Assembly (NCBI GenBank): GCA_965207375.1
Contig: OZ242274.1
Span: 128,001 to 192,000, forward strand
DNA length: 64,000 nt
Direction of reading: 5' to 3'
Origin: Nitrosopumilaceae archaeon
Lineage (GTDB): Archaea > Thermoproteota > Nitrososphaeria > Nitrososphaerales > Nitrosopumilaceae
Both the position numbers and the translations under genes were made by a program. A model generated the notes under the pieces. That model was not told the DNA's origin, did not search any database, and was given only the letters and a program-made list of their open reading frames with translations. This document shows, piece after piece, positions 19,164-27,771 of this stretch; the stretch's first letter is position 1; the number at the start of each line of letters is the position of its first letter.

Positions 19164-20339
19164 TCATCCGACCCCTCCAAGTTGTGCTATTACCTCTCCG
19201 TTGTGTTCCTCTAATGTTTGAAATGTTGCTTCATCGTTTTGTGCAAGAATGCCCTGAGTTGCAGTACCCTTCCAGTCCTTTAAAGAATCAGATTTTACAA
19301 TATGCAGCCACATCCTGCCATTTTCGGTATTATACACACACAAGATAAAATCAACACCGGTGCTTTCTGCGTGTTGTATAGATACTGCACATGTCTTTTT
19401 ATGTATTCGCTTGGTCCTGTTGCTTGGCTCATCTGAAATACTCCTGACTATGACTAACATGGTAGCCTTTAGGTTTCCATGCTTGTCATGCAGGAAGATG
19501 TGAGGGTCTGCCTTGTTTTGGCCACGCTTTGATTTGAGTCCATATTTTCTGATCTTGTCGCGCAGTACCTCTATTGGCTGTTCTGGATTATCAGGTATGG
19601 CCTCCTCAGGTACAGGCAGAGATTCAGATGATTGTATGTCATCATCTTTGTCATCTGGTATAGTGTTTTCTGCTATGATTTTAGTTTGCAGGGCCATCTG
19701 TTTTAGCACAGAATTGATATATGAGATTTTATGCTCTAGTGCATCTATCTTTGATATATGTGAGATTAACTCGTCTGCCTTGGAAGACGTCTTTGTTGTC
19801 TCATCTAGAATTGTATCATGTTTATCTGATATCTGTTGCAGAGATGAATTTATTTGCTGTTTTATGTTTTGTATCATCTCGTCATTATGCTTTTTTATTT
19901 CTGAACTACCAGATACCATGCAGATATCCATCCTCTTTTCAATATCTTGTGCAGTCGCGTTTATTGTCTGATCTAGCAGCTTTACACTATCAGTATAGAT
20001 TTTTTTTATTTCTCGCCTTGCATTATCTGATTTTTTTTCGTAATATTTTATCCACCAGTTGAAAAACCACCATGTTGGTGGACCAAACGACATAACAACG
20101 ACTGTAATAATTACATCTACTTGCACCTTGTCTAGTTGTAACGGTTCTACAATGGAAGAAATCCACGGATATATAACCAAAAACATAATCAGAATTGTAA
20201 TAATCAACGGTGTGGCATAAACGAGCAAACTATTTCCTATTTTTAATTCTATTTTCGCCTTGAGGTCGCCTACGGCCATAGCAACACCGAGTCCTACTGT
20301 GAAAATTATTATTGCAATCATTTCGGTCGAGTCAATCAT
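19164..20339 (-). CDS. Membrane protein: three TM helices, coiled coil and possible degenerate PD-(D/E)xK-like C-terminal domain
   Basis: Three hydrophobic N-terminal segments, a heptad region, an acidic linker and ADPHIFL..; AAAGGAGG Shine-Dalgarno upstream. Confidence 0.65.
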   Translation of the reverse strand: MIDSTEMIAIIIFTVGLGVAMAVGDLKAKIELKIGNSLLVYATPLIITILIMFLVIYPWISSIVEPLQLDKVQVDVIITVVVMSFGPPTWWFFNWWIKYYEKKSDNARREIKKIYTDSVKLLDQTINATAQDIEKRMDICMVSGSSEIKKHNDEMIQNIKQQINSSLQQISDKHDTILDETTKTSSKADELISHISKIDALEHKISYINSVLKQMALQTKIIAENTIPDDKDDDIQSSESLPVPEEAIPDNPEQPIEVLRDKIRKYGLKSKRGQNKADPHIFLHDKHGNLKATMLVIVRSISDEPSNRTKRIHKKTCAVSIQHAESTGVDFILCVYNTENGRMWLHIVKSDSLKDWKGTATQGILAQNDEATFQTLEEHNGEVIAQLGGVG

Positions 20340-20435
20340 GATATAATCCTCCTTTCAAGTCAGAAAATCCAAGCAAAGACGCATCTGTGCCATGTTGAAT
20401 ATCACATATTGACAAGCAGTTGGATTGTGGTTCCA

Positions 20436-20630
20436 TCATGATGCCTCCCCTGCGCATTTTTCTTGTATTGGAGCCTGTACTTCAGAAAATCCACCACTTG
20501 ATCTCAGTGCAATATCGGCACAGATATCACAGCAATTTATGATATACAGGATGCCATTTTGTTCTTGAGTTAATTGCCTATCTAGATTTTGATGTCTACA
20601 TTTTAGTATTTTCATATATGTATGAGTCAT
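20436..20630 (-). CDS. Small Cys-containing hypothetical protein, first gene of the leftward operon
   Basis: 64-aa ORF with CRH..CCDIC, divergent from the wHTH gene. Confidence 0.5.
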   Translation of the reverse strand: MTHTYMKILKCRHQNLDRQLTQEQNGILYIINCCDICADIALRSSGGFSEVQAPIQEKCAGEAS

Positions 20631-20736
20631 CTTCAGTAGTTAATAGGTAGAAAACTATAAAACATTTTCTATGTCAAGTTTAGTTCATATATAGATATTC
20701 TATTATAATTAAATATGTGAACATTTATGTAAAAAC

Positions 20737-21378
20737 ATGAAAAAGATAGACGGAATTTTGATGTTGTGTAGCGATGGTGAAGTCAGCTTAAAACATATTG
20801 CCGAAGAAATGAAATGGAGCACAGGTGCAACATCAGTTGCCATAGCTGGACTAGTTAGCAGGGGTTTGTTACAAAAGACACGTTATGGATTTTACAGTAT
20901 AACTAAAACAGGGTTAAAAAGACTCAAGGAAAACATCAAAAATGATCCAGAGCGACATGACGACATTGAAACAATAATACAAAGAACTGTTGCTCTTTTC
21001 ACCGTAGATTCACGTTTTGATATCATAAAGGCACTCAAGTATGAAAAAGAGAGCATGAGACCCTCTGAGCATACAAAAAAACTAAGGAATACAATCAGAA
21101 GCATATACATTGAATCTGTCAGTTCTGAACATCACAATGATTATGATTTGATAAAAAGTATGTGGAGAACCCATCAAAAGCCAAAATGTTCAAGTTGTGG
21201 ATTTGATTTTGAAAAAGCGTATAATAATTATTTAGTACATATCAAAGATGTAGTAGGCAAAAGAAGACTGTACAAAAATTTACGATGGGAATCGTTTCCA
21301 GATATAGAAAAATATAGGCGGAATTTTGGAATGACTACAACATTTACAGAACCTGAAATTCCTGATGATTGGAACTAA
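20737..21378 (+). CDS. Winged-helix (MarR-like) regulator with C-terminal CxxC
   Basis: SLKHIAEEMKWSTGATSVAIAGLVSRGLLQK..YSITKTG; CSSCG. Confidence 0.75.
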   Translation: MKKIDGILMLCSDGEVSLKHIAEEMKWSTGATSVAIAGLVSRGLLQKTRYGFYSITKTGLKRLKENIKNDPERHDDIETIIQRTVALFTVDSRFDIIKALKYEKESMRPSEHTKKLRNTIRSIYIESVSSEHHNDYDLIKSMWRTHQKPKCSSCGFDFEKAYNNYLVHIKDVVGKRRLYKNLRWESFPDIEKYRRNFGMTTTFTEPEIPDDWN

Positions 21379-21567
21379 TTATAATCCTGATAATACTCAT
21401 CTAATTTTGACATGCTGTAAATTTTGTAACTGTATGAACTATCTTTACAAAAATAATCATTGGATAGATATCTAGAGACGGAAAATATTCGTAACATTCC
21501 GACTCTCTGAAGTTCCTTATATAGTCAGGCAGTAAAGCATAAGGATCACTATCATCAGCATAAAATT

Positions 21568-23058
21568 ATGATGCCGGGATTTGATCTTGAAGAAATAGAC
21601 TGGAAGAATCCCGATGTCAACAAGCTTTTCGAGGTTCTTACTGAAAAATTTGATCAAATGGATAAACAAATGAAAGATCTGCAAAAAGACAATCAGCTAA
21701 AAGATGTAGAAAGCAAACAAGTGATTGCAGAAAATAAACAAGTGATTGCAGAAAATAAACAAGTAATCACAGAAAACAAACAGCTAAAAGAAGAAATCGT
21801 TCAACTAAAAAAACTCATAGCAAAACTGCAAAAGAAAAAAACAAGATCCAGTCATGTCAGTAGCTATAACACCAGAGAGTACAAGGGATACCCAGAGATC
21901 AAAAAACAAAAGACGCAGCCAAAATATACGCAACAAGACCATGAGACCACAGATGTAATTGTAGATCACAAGTTTTGTCCATCATGTGGTAATCCGCTTG
22001 CAGATTCGTCAAGCAAATACACTAGAAACGGTGAATCGATAATAGACGGCAAATGGTCTGGTGTCAACATGACTATTGTGGGTAGATACTGCAAAAAATG
22101 TGTACGCATGCAATATGCAAAACCTATTGACTTTATGCCAGAAGAGCATTTTAGCATCACAATAATGGCAAGAATTTCTGCAATGAGAAACCTGACTATA
22201 TCGTATGGCAAAATACAAAAACTCTTGCAGATGTTTTACGGCAAAAATATTGCCATATCCACACTTGAAAAACTTGATGCACGTGTCTCAAAATGCCTAG
22301 AACCTGTATATTATTCGCTTCTTGATGAGATTGTCAAGGCAAAAATCCTAGGAGGTGACGAAACAGGATGGTATCTAAACGGCAAACTGTGCTGGGCATG
22401 GGTGTTTCATTCTGTATATACGGTAGTATATCACATCGCACAATCTAGAAGCAAAATGGTATCTGAGACGTTTCTAAAGGATTTTGAAGGCATACTGATG
22501 GGTGACTCTCATCCCGGATGGAGTGTTGCAGATATACTTCAAAAATGCCTGCTACACTATTTCAGAGACATGTATAGAACGCTTGAAAAAAATGACAAAA
22601 AAGAATTTCAAACATTCTTTGATGAACTATACAAGATACTAAAATCTGCAATAAAGCTTGGCAAAAAACACGACACAGTACAGGACATTCCAAAGCGCAG
22701 CATAACTAAACTGCAAAAAAGAATCAATGCACTTGCTACAGGAACATATGAGGATACAGATTGTCTCAGATATGTAAAGCGACTAAAACGCGAGGGTAAC
22801 TCTTTGCTAACATTTCTAAAATATGATGGTGTGCCGTACCACAACAATGCAAGCGAGCAGGCAATGCGCATATTTGCTATAATGAGGAAGATATTCTACG
22901 GTAGTCGCTCAGAGAGAGGCCTAAAAACCACAGAGATACGTCAAAGCATATTTGCCACATGTGAAAGGCGCGATGTAAATCCGTATCATTTCGTCAAGGA
23001 GTATCTGCGTGGAAATATCAAAGAAATTCCCATGCCAAAAGTCACAGTTGCTGCATGA
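21568..23058 (+). CDS. IS66-family DDE transposase
   Basis: Coiled coil, CPSC..CKKC, GDETGW, GDSH, QKCLLHYFRD, HNNASEQAMR. Confidence 0.95.
   Translation: MMPGFDLEEIDWKNPDVNKLFEVLTEKFDQMDKQMKDLQKDNQLKDVESKQVIAENKQVIAENKQVITENKQLKEEIVQLKKLIAKLQKKKTRSSHVSSYNTREYKGYPEIKKQKTQPKYTQQDHETTDVIVDHKFCPSCGNPLADSSSKYTRNGESIIDGKWSGVNMTIVGRYCKKCVRMQYAKPIDFMPEEHFSITIMARISAMRNLTISYGKIQKLLQMFYGKNIAISTLEKLDARVSKCLEPVYYSLLDEIVKAKILGGDETGWYLNGKLCWAWVFHSVYTVVYHIAQSRSKMVSETFLKDFEGILMGDSHPGWSVADILQKCLLHYFRDMYRTLEKNDKKEFQTFFDELYKILKSAIKLGKKHDTVQDIPKRSITKLQKRINALATGTYEDTDCLRYVKRLKREGNSLLTFLKYDGVPYHNNASEQAMRIFAIMRKIFYGSRSERGLKTTEIRQSIFATCERRDVNPYHFVKEYLRGNIKEIPMPKVTVAA
21715..21782. repeat. 21-bp coding tandem repeat x3 (KQVIAEN heptad)
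   Basis: aaacaagtgattgcagaaaat at 21715 and 21736, variant at 21757. Confidence 0.9.
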
Positions 23059-23233
23059 TACCATCAAATGTACAGTGTATAATACACAAAATTTGTTACT
23101 GTATGATCATTTCTGTAATCTGAATCTGTTGTATACTGGTTCATTGACGTAAACTGCACCGGGGTTTTGCATGCAGTTTCATGGGTCATCTAAATCCCAG
23201 AGTAACTTCAGAAAGTCGATCTGTTACAAATAT

Positions 23234-24433
23234 TCATTGTCTTGCTGACTCAAACATTGATTCTCGTAATACCTTTTGTACTTCGTCTCGGATCATATCC
23301 CTAACTGCATCCTTTGCAATGTGGGTTTTTTCAAGCTTTGATTTTTGTTCCTGAATCTTTTCTAACTCCATCTGTTTTCTTGCTGAATCATCTATTGTCA
23401 GAAACGGAATCGCCTTTTGATACTCGGGGAACCTCTCAAAGTCCTCTTCGACATACCTCTCATAGCTTGATTCAAGACCAGTTTTGTGTCCCATCATGTC
23501 TTCTTTGTCTGCAAAGTTTATCCTTGCACGGCGCAGCATTGTGTTAAAATATTTTCGAAATCCATGATCCAACTGTACTGCGTATCTTTTCTTTCCTGGG
23601 ATCATCTTCTCCCTTATGCCTAGATGCCCGACTATTTTTTTGACCCTTCTAGACACACCCGTATGGTATAGCCTTGTGGGAAACTGGGATCTTTCTTGTA
23701 CCAACAATGGGTCAGACGGGGATGGCTCCTTCATGAATTTGTTTCTCCAATATGCCCTGTACAGGTCAAGCAGGTTGCAAAATTCTGGTGTGACATGAGT
23801 CCAGTACTCTTCGCTGTCACCACGGTATACGCGTAGTGCACCACCTTTGTATGTCCCGTCACTGTTTCTAAACAAAGTAACATCATCCCAAGTAAAGTAA
23901 TCCCATGCCTCCAGCCTAAATCCGCCTGAAGCAAATCCTACAATTATTACCTTGTCTATAATGTCCTCGCAATGTACAAGCATGCCCTGGATCTCTTCTT
24001 TTGTATATGCTCGGTCTTCACTCTTTGTATTCTTTGGTAACGACTTGTCAATTAGATACCAAGAGAACTCTATATCGTTTGAGCGCAACAGGGATTTTAT
24101 CGGTTTTATCCTGTTTCTTGCAGTGTTTGTATTGAGATCTTTTTTTTCTATCTGCTTTCTTACATACTGGACGTATCTTTTGATCTGTTCTTTGCCCTTT
24201 GTAGGATCCGTTTTCATAGATTCCACAAAATCATTTACAAGTATAGCAAGCTCGTCATCAGATAGTAGTGTTCTTTTTTGCTGTGGAAGATCCCACCTAT
24301 ATCTAGGATTAAGAAACATCTCCAACTGCCCGCGATATTTCCTTCGGGTCGCATCATCTCTTATTGCACTCATGAAATTCTCAAACGGTGTAAAGTCCCC
24401 TAACTTTTCCATGTTATAGTCATAATGACTCAT
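23234..24433 (-). CDS. Tyrosine recombinase/integrase
   Basis: SGGFR, HGFRKYF, MMGH and SSYERY catalytic motifs; directly downstream of a tRNA 3' end. Start moved to MSHYD because the longer ORF overlaps the tRNA. Confidence 0.93.
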   Translation of the reverse strand: MSHYDYNMEKLGDFTPFENFMSAIRDDATRRKYRGQLEMFLNPRYRWDLPQQKRTLLSDDELAILVNDFVESMKTDPTKGKEQIKRYVQYVRKQIEKKDLNTNTARNRIKPIKSLLRSNDIEFSWYLIDKSLPKNTKSEDRAYTKEEIQGMLVHCEDIIDKVIIVGFASGGFRLEAWDYFTWDDVTLFRNSDGTYKGGALRVYRGDSEEYWTHVTPEFCNLLDLYRAYWRNKFMKEPSPSDPLLVQERSQFPTRLYHTGVSRRVKKIVGHLGIREKMIPGKKRYAVQLDHGFRKYFNTMLRRARINFADKEDMMGHKTGLESSYERYVEEDFERFPEYQKAIPFLTIDDSARKQMELEKIQEQKSKLEKTHIAKDAVRDMIRDEVQKVLRESMFESARQ

Positions 24434-24476
24434 AGAATTATAAAAACATGGAACCAAATAAAGGAATAAAATGGTA

Positions 24477-24550
24477 TGGGCCCGAAGGGCTTCGATCCCT
24501 TGGCTCACCGATTATGAGTCGGTTACTCTACCAAGCTGAGTTACGGGCCC
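24477..24550 (-). tRNA. tRNA with CAT anticodon, probably tRNA-Ile2 (alternatively elongator Met)
   Basis: gggcccgtaactcagcttggtagagtaaccgactCATaatcggtgagccaagggatcgaagcccttcgggccca folds as a cloverleaf; the GGGCCC acceptor stem is Ile-like. Confidence 0.9.
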
Positions 24551-24584
24551 TAGAAGGATAATTTTGTATCTCAGGTATAAAATG

Positions 24585-25229
24585 TTATGAAGGCTGGCAG
24601 TAGGCCTCATAGCAGCCATCAAGCAACAGATTCTGTGCAGCAATAGACATGTCTGCAATCTTTATTAGCTGATCTTTTGATGTGACAGAGTCCTCCAAGA
24701 TATTTCTCCAAGATGCCGCATGTCTGATGTCTGCCTCGGTGTGTAACTTGAAGTATTGTGTTGCCTGTTGGGTAGTGATGCCATAAAATTCGGCTAGTCC
24801 ATCAAGCTTTGTCTGACTAATTTTTGGAATTTCCTTTTCAAATGCATACATTGCACAAGAGCCTCCCTCAAAGCTAGTCATAAGAGAGCCAAGAGAATCA
24901 ACTGCCCTGTTGGTTTTTTCCAATCCCGCATAACACTCTAGCTCGGATTTGCCTACTCCAAGCTCGCCTGCAAAGCTGATCCAAGGATCGATGTGAGAAT
25001 ACTCTTCTGCCTGATTGTCTGCAAGTTCACCCCTGACAGATTCGGGCGCCTTTTGAATTATCGGCGTCATAAATCCAGGAACTGCCTTTACAAGCTGAAA
25101 ATATTCTTTGGAATATCCTGCCAAAGAGTCACGCGTCAGCTTTCCGGCAGACCACATTTCGTAAAACGGATGCTTTAGCAAACTCTGAGCCTGAATCATC
25201 TCGTCAATTCTTTGTATTAATTTACTCAT
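24585..25229 (-). CDS. PqqC/TenA/CADD-like heme-oxygenase-fold protein
   Basis: LLKHPFYEMW, EE.SH, YAFE.EIP, YFKLHTEADIRH. Confidence 0.85.
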   Translation of the reverse strand: MSKLIQRIDEMIQAQSLLKHPFYEMWSAGKLTRDSLAGYSKEYFQLVKAVPGFMTPIIQKAPESVRGELADNQAEEYSHIDPWISFAGELGVGKSELECYAGLEKTNRAVDSLGSLMTSFEGGSCAMYAFEKEIPKISQTKLDGLAEFYGITTQQATQYFKLHTEADIRHAASWRNILEDSVTSKDQLIKIADMSIAAQNLLLDGCYEAYCQPS

Positions 25230-25308
25230 ATCTGATGTATCATGAGGCCAATAAAAAAATCTTTGTTGTTCCAAAAGATTTTATGGTTAAGACAAATCGT
25301 TGAATCAG

Positions 25309-25384
25309 GCTCCTATGGTGTAGACCGGTCAAGCATACTGCCCTTTCAAGGCAGTGATCTCGGGTTCAAATCCCGATGGGAGCA
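25309..25384 (+). tRNA. tRNA-Glu(TTC)
   Basis: Cloverleaf with anticodon arm ctgcc-ctTTCaa-ggcag and T arm ggttcaaatcc. Confidence 0.95.
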
Positions 25385-25409
25385 TTTTAAAATCAAGATT
25401 TAATTACTG

Positions 25410-26288
25410 ATGATAGAGTTTTTGAATCAGGCAAACTTGGACAGGAAAAACATTGAGATTAATCCGCTGTTAGAAACCTATGGAAGATACATTGATAAAA
25501 TTAACGATGCATTAAACAGAGAATTAGAACTGTACTCTGAATCCGAATTCATAGAGCCCTTAAAATATTCGCTAAACGGCGGCAAACGAATCAGACCAAT
25601 CATTTTGATTTTGTCAGCTGAAAGTGTAGGCAATGTAGATGACAACTCATATTCGGCAGCATGTGCAGTTGAATTTCTCCACATGGAATCAATAATACAC
25701 GACGACATTATCGATGAGGAAACACTGCGGCGCCACAAGGATCCCTTTCACATAAAGTACGGATACAATACAAGCATACTAACAGGAGACTTTGTCCTAG
25801 GTTTGATTTTGGGCATATCATCAAAACTAAACAACGCCAGAATTACAAAGGATCTGGCCACAACTGCCATGCTCATGAGCGAGGGCGAGATGATCGAGGC
25901 AAGGTTGGAGGGAAGTGAGGATGTAACATTTGATGACTATCTAAAGGTAATGGAATACAAAACGGCAACTGCATTTGAGGTTGCAGCACGCATAGGTGCA
26001 ATTATCGCAGGTGCAAGCGAGGAGGAAATTGAGGCACTGACCGAATATGGAAGAAACATAGGAGTTGCATATCAGATAAGAGATGACCTACTAGATTGGA
26101 AAAACGAAGACAAGCTGTTTAATTTACTAATCAAGAAAAGCTCTGATCCCAGAGATGTATTTGACAAGATGGAGGAGCTCTTAAAGGAATATTCTGAAAA
26201 GGCGCGCGCAGGTCTGAGAAGAATTCCTGACAATGATGCAAAGATAAACCTGGAAAACCTGATAAAATTTACCACGTTTAAGGCATAA
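25410..26288 (+). CDS. Polyprenyl (geranylgeranyl) diphosphate synthase
   Basis: GGKRIRP, HDDIID..RR, KT, YQIRDDLLD. Confidence 0.92.
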   Translation: MIEFLNQANLDRKNIEINPLLETYGRYIDKINDALNRELELYSESEFIEPLKYSLNGGKRIRPIILILSAESVGNVDDNSYSAACAVEFLHMESIIHDDIIDEETLRRHKDPFHIKYGYNTSILTGDFVLGLILGISSKLNNARITKDLATTAMLMSEGEMIEARLEGSEDVTFDDYLKVMEYKTATAFEVAARIGAIIAGASEEEIEALTEYGRNIGVAYQIRDDLLDWKNEDKLFNLLIKKSSDPRDVFDKMEELLKEYSEKARAGLRRIPDNDAKINLENLIKFTTFKA

Positions 26289-27759
26289 GACCCTGCAATG
26301 AGGGAGTAGCCATTTCTGCAAACTGTATTAGCGGCTCTGGATATACACCAAATCCCACCATAAACAGAATGGAAAATATCATGACGGCAATTACAGATTT
26401 TGGTTCAGAAACACGTTTTTCATTTTCTCCTTCAAAGTACATTTTTCTCATGATCCAGCCATAATATGCTAAAGACAGTGCACTGTTGAGTACGCCTGCA
26501 ATGGCAAGCCATGCAGTCCATGGGACGGTGATGCTTGCATCAAGGGCTGCACCAAACAAGATAAGTTTGCTCCAAAATCCGCCAAGTGGTGGAACGCCTG
26601 CTAGAGCAAAAAGAGAGATTAAAAGGCCAAGAGAGGTAATGGGCATTTTTCTGCCCAACCCTTTGAGTTTGTCTAGATGTGTTACTGCCAGGGTTGTAAC
26701 AATACCTGCAATGGCAATAAATGCAGCACCCTTCATGACTGCGTGATTCATTACGTGTAATAGGGAGCCATGAAGTCCGGTCGGGGAGAACGGGGCAACT
26801 GCCAAGCCAATCAAAAGATATCCGGCATGACCAATGCTAGAGTACGCAAGCATTCTAGCAAGATTTTTTTGCATGATGGCTGCCACATTTCCTATCGTCA
26901 TAGTCATTACCGCAATTACGCCCAAGGCTAGTGCCCAATCAACATTGAGTGCCACAGTTCCAAGTATAACTACGCGTATTGCCGCTGCAAATCCTGCCTT
27001 TTTTGTTCCCGCAGCTAGCAATGCAGTAATTGGCGGAGGCGAGCCTTCGTATGTGTCTGGCAGCCACATATGAAACGGCACCAAACCCATCTTAAAGCCA
27101 AATCCTGCAATGAATAGTCCCACCGATAACAATGCCAACGGCAGCATGCTGGCATCAACATTGGCAAATCCCTGAATTACTTCACTGATATTGGTAGAAC
27201 CGGTAATACCGTAGGCCAAAGATATGCCGTATACTATAATTGCAGAAGATAATGCACCAAACAAAAAGTATTTGAGGGCGCCCTCGTTGGAGCGGGGATC
27301 CTTTTTTATAAATCCTGCAAGCACATATGTAGGAATGCTCATCAGCTCCCAAGCAACAAACAGCATTACCAAATCAGTAGAATATGCAACTAGAACCATG
27401 CCGATTGCAGACAACAGAATCAGAGAATAATAGACTGCATGGTGTCTGTGTTTTCTCATATAGTTAAAAGAGCCGACAGTTGTCATGACGGCCACAATCA
27501 ACATTGCAATTGCAAAGAACCCGCCAAACAGATCATCAGAAATTACATCCTCAGAAAATAATGCAGCAGGTGCAACGTTGTTATTTATTATCTGATATCC
27601 TACAAATGCAATAGATGCAATCAGGGCACCAAATGCGATAACTGCATAAAATGAATTTCCGCCCTGCTCCTTGCGCGCAATACTGATCACCGGCAGCAAG
27701 ACGCCAACAGTACCCAAAATTGCAACTATTATCATCGGAGTGGAGGTAAAGTCTATCAT
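26278..27759 (-). CDS. nuoN: NADH-quinone oxidoreductase subunit N
   Basis: EGALKYF, FKMGLVPFHMWLPDTYEG, RMLAYSSIGH. Confidence 0.95.
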   Translation of the reverse strand: MIDFTSTPMIIVAILGTVGVLLPVISIARKEQGGNSFYAVIAFGALIASIAFVGYQIINNNVAPAALFSEDVISDDLFGGFFAIAMLIVAVMTTVGSFNYMRKHRHHAVYYSLILLSAIGMVLVAYSTDLVMLFVAWELMSIPTYVLAGFIKKDPRSNEGALKYFLFGALSSAIIVYGISLAYGITGSTNISEVIQGFANVDASMLPLALLSVGLFIAGFGFKMGLVPFHMWLPDTYEGSPPPITALLAAGTKKAGFAAAIRVVILGTVALNVDWALALGVIAVMTMTIGNVAAIMQKNLARMLAYSSIGHAGYLLIGLAVAPFSPTGLHGSLLHVMNHAVMKGAAFIAIAGIVTTLAVTHLDKLKGLGRKMPITSLGLLISLFALAGVPPLGGFWSKLILFGAALDASITVPWTAWLAIAGVLNSALSLAYYGWIMRKMYFEGENEKRVSEPKSVIAVMIFSILFMVGFGVYPEPLIQFAEMATPSLQGLMP

Positions 27760-27771
27760 TTCATTTTTCTC

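Larger units (their letters stand above)
21491..23227 (+). mobile_element. IS66-family element B, complete (ISBst12-like group)
   Basis: Imperfect 24-bp TIRs (gtaacattccgactctctgaagtt and the reverse complement gtaacagatcgactttctgaagtt, 20/24); 8-bp target duplication AAATATTC at 21483-21490 and 23228-23235. Confidence 0.96.

Noticed and set aside
24434-24508. Integrase ORF extension overlapping the tRNA (SSV-type split integrase?)
   Set aside because: The extension is just the tRNA sequence read in frame from a TTG. A complete integrase starts downstream, and no separate N-terminal fragment was seen.
24477-24550. T-loop ATCGAAG in the CAT tRNA
   Set aside because: As far as I recall, A54-type T-loops are common in thaumarchaeal tRNAs, and the stem pairs perfectly.
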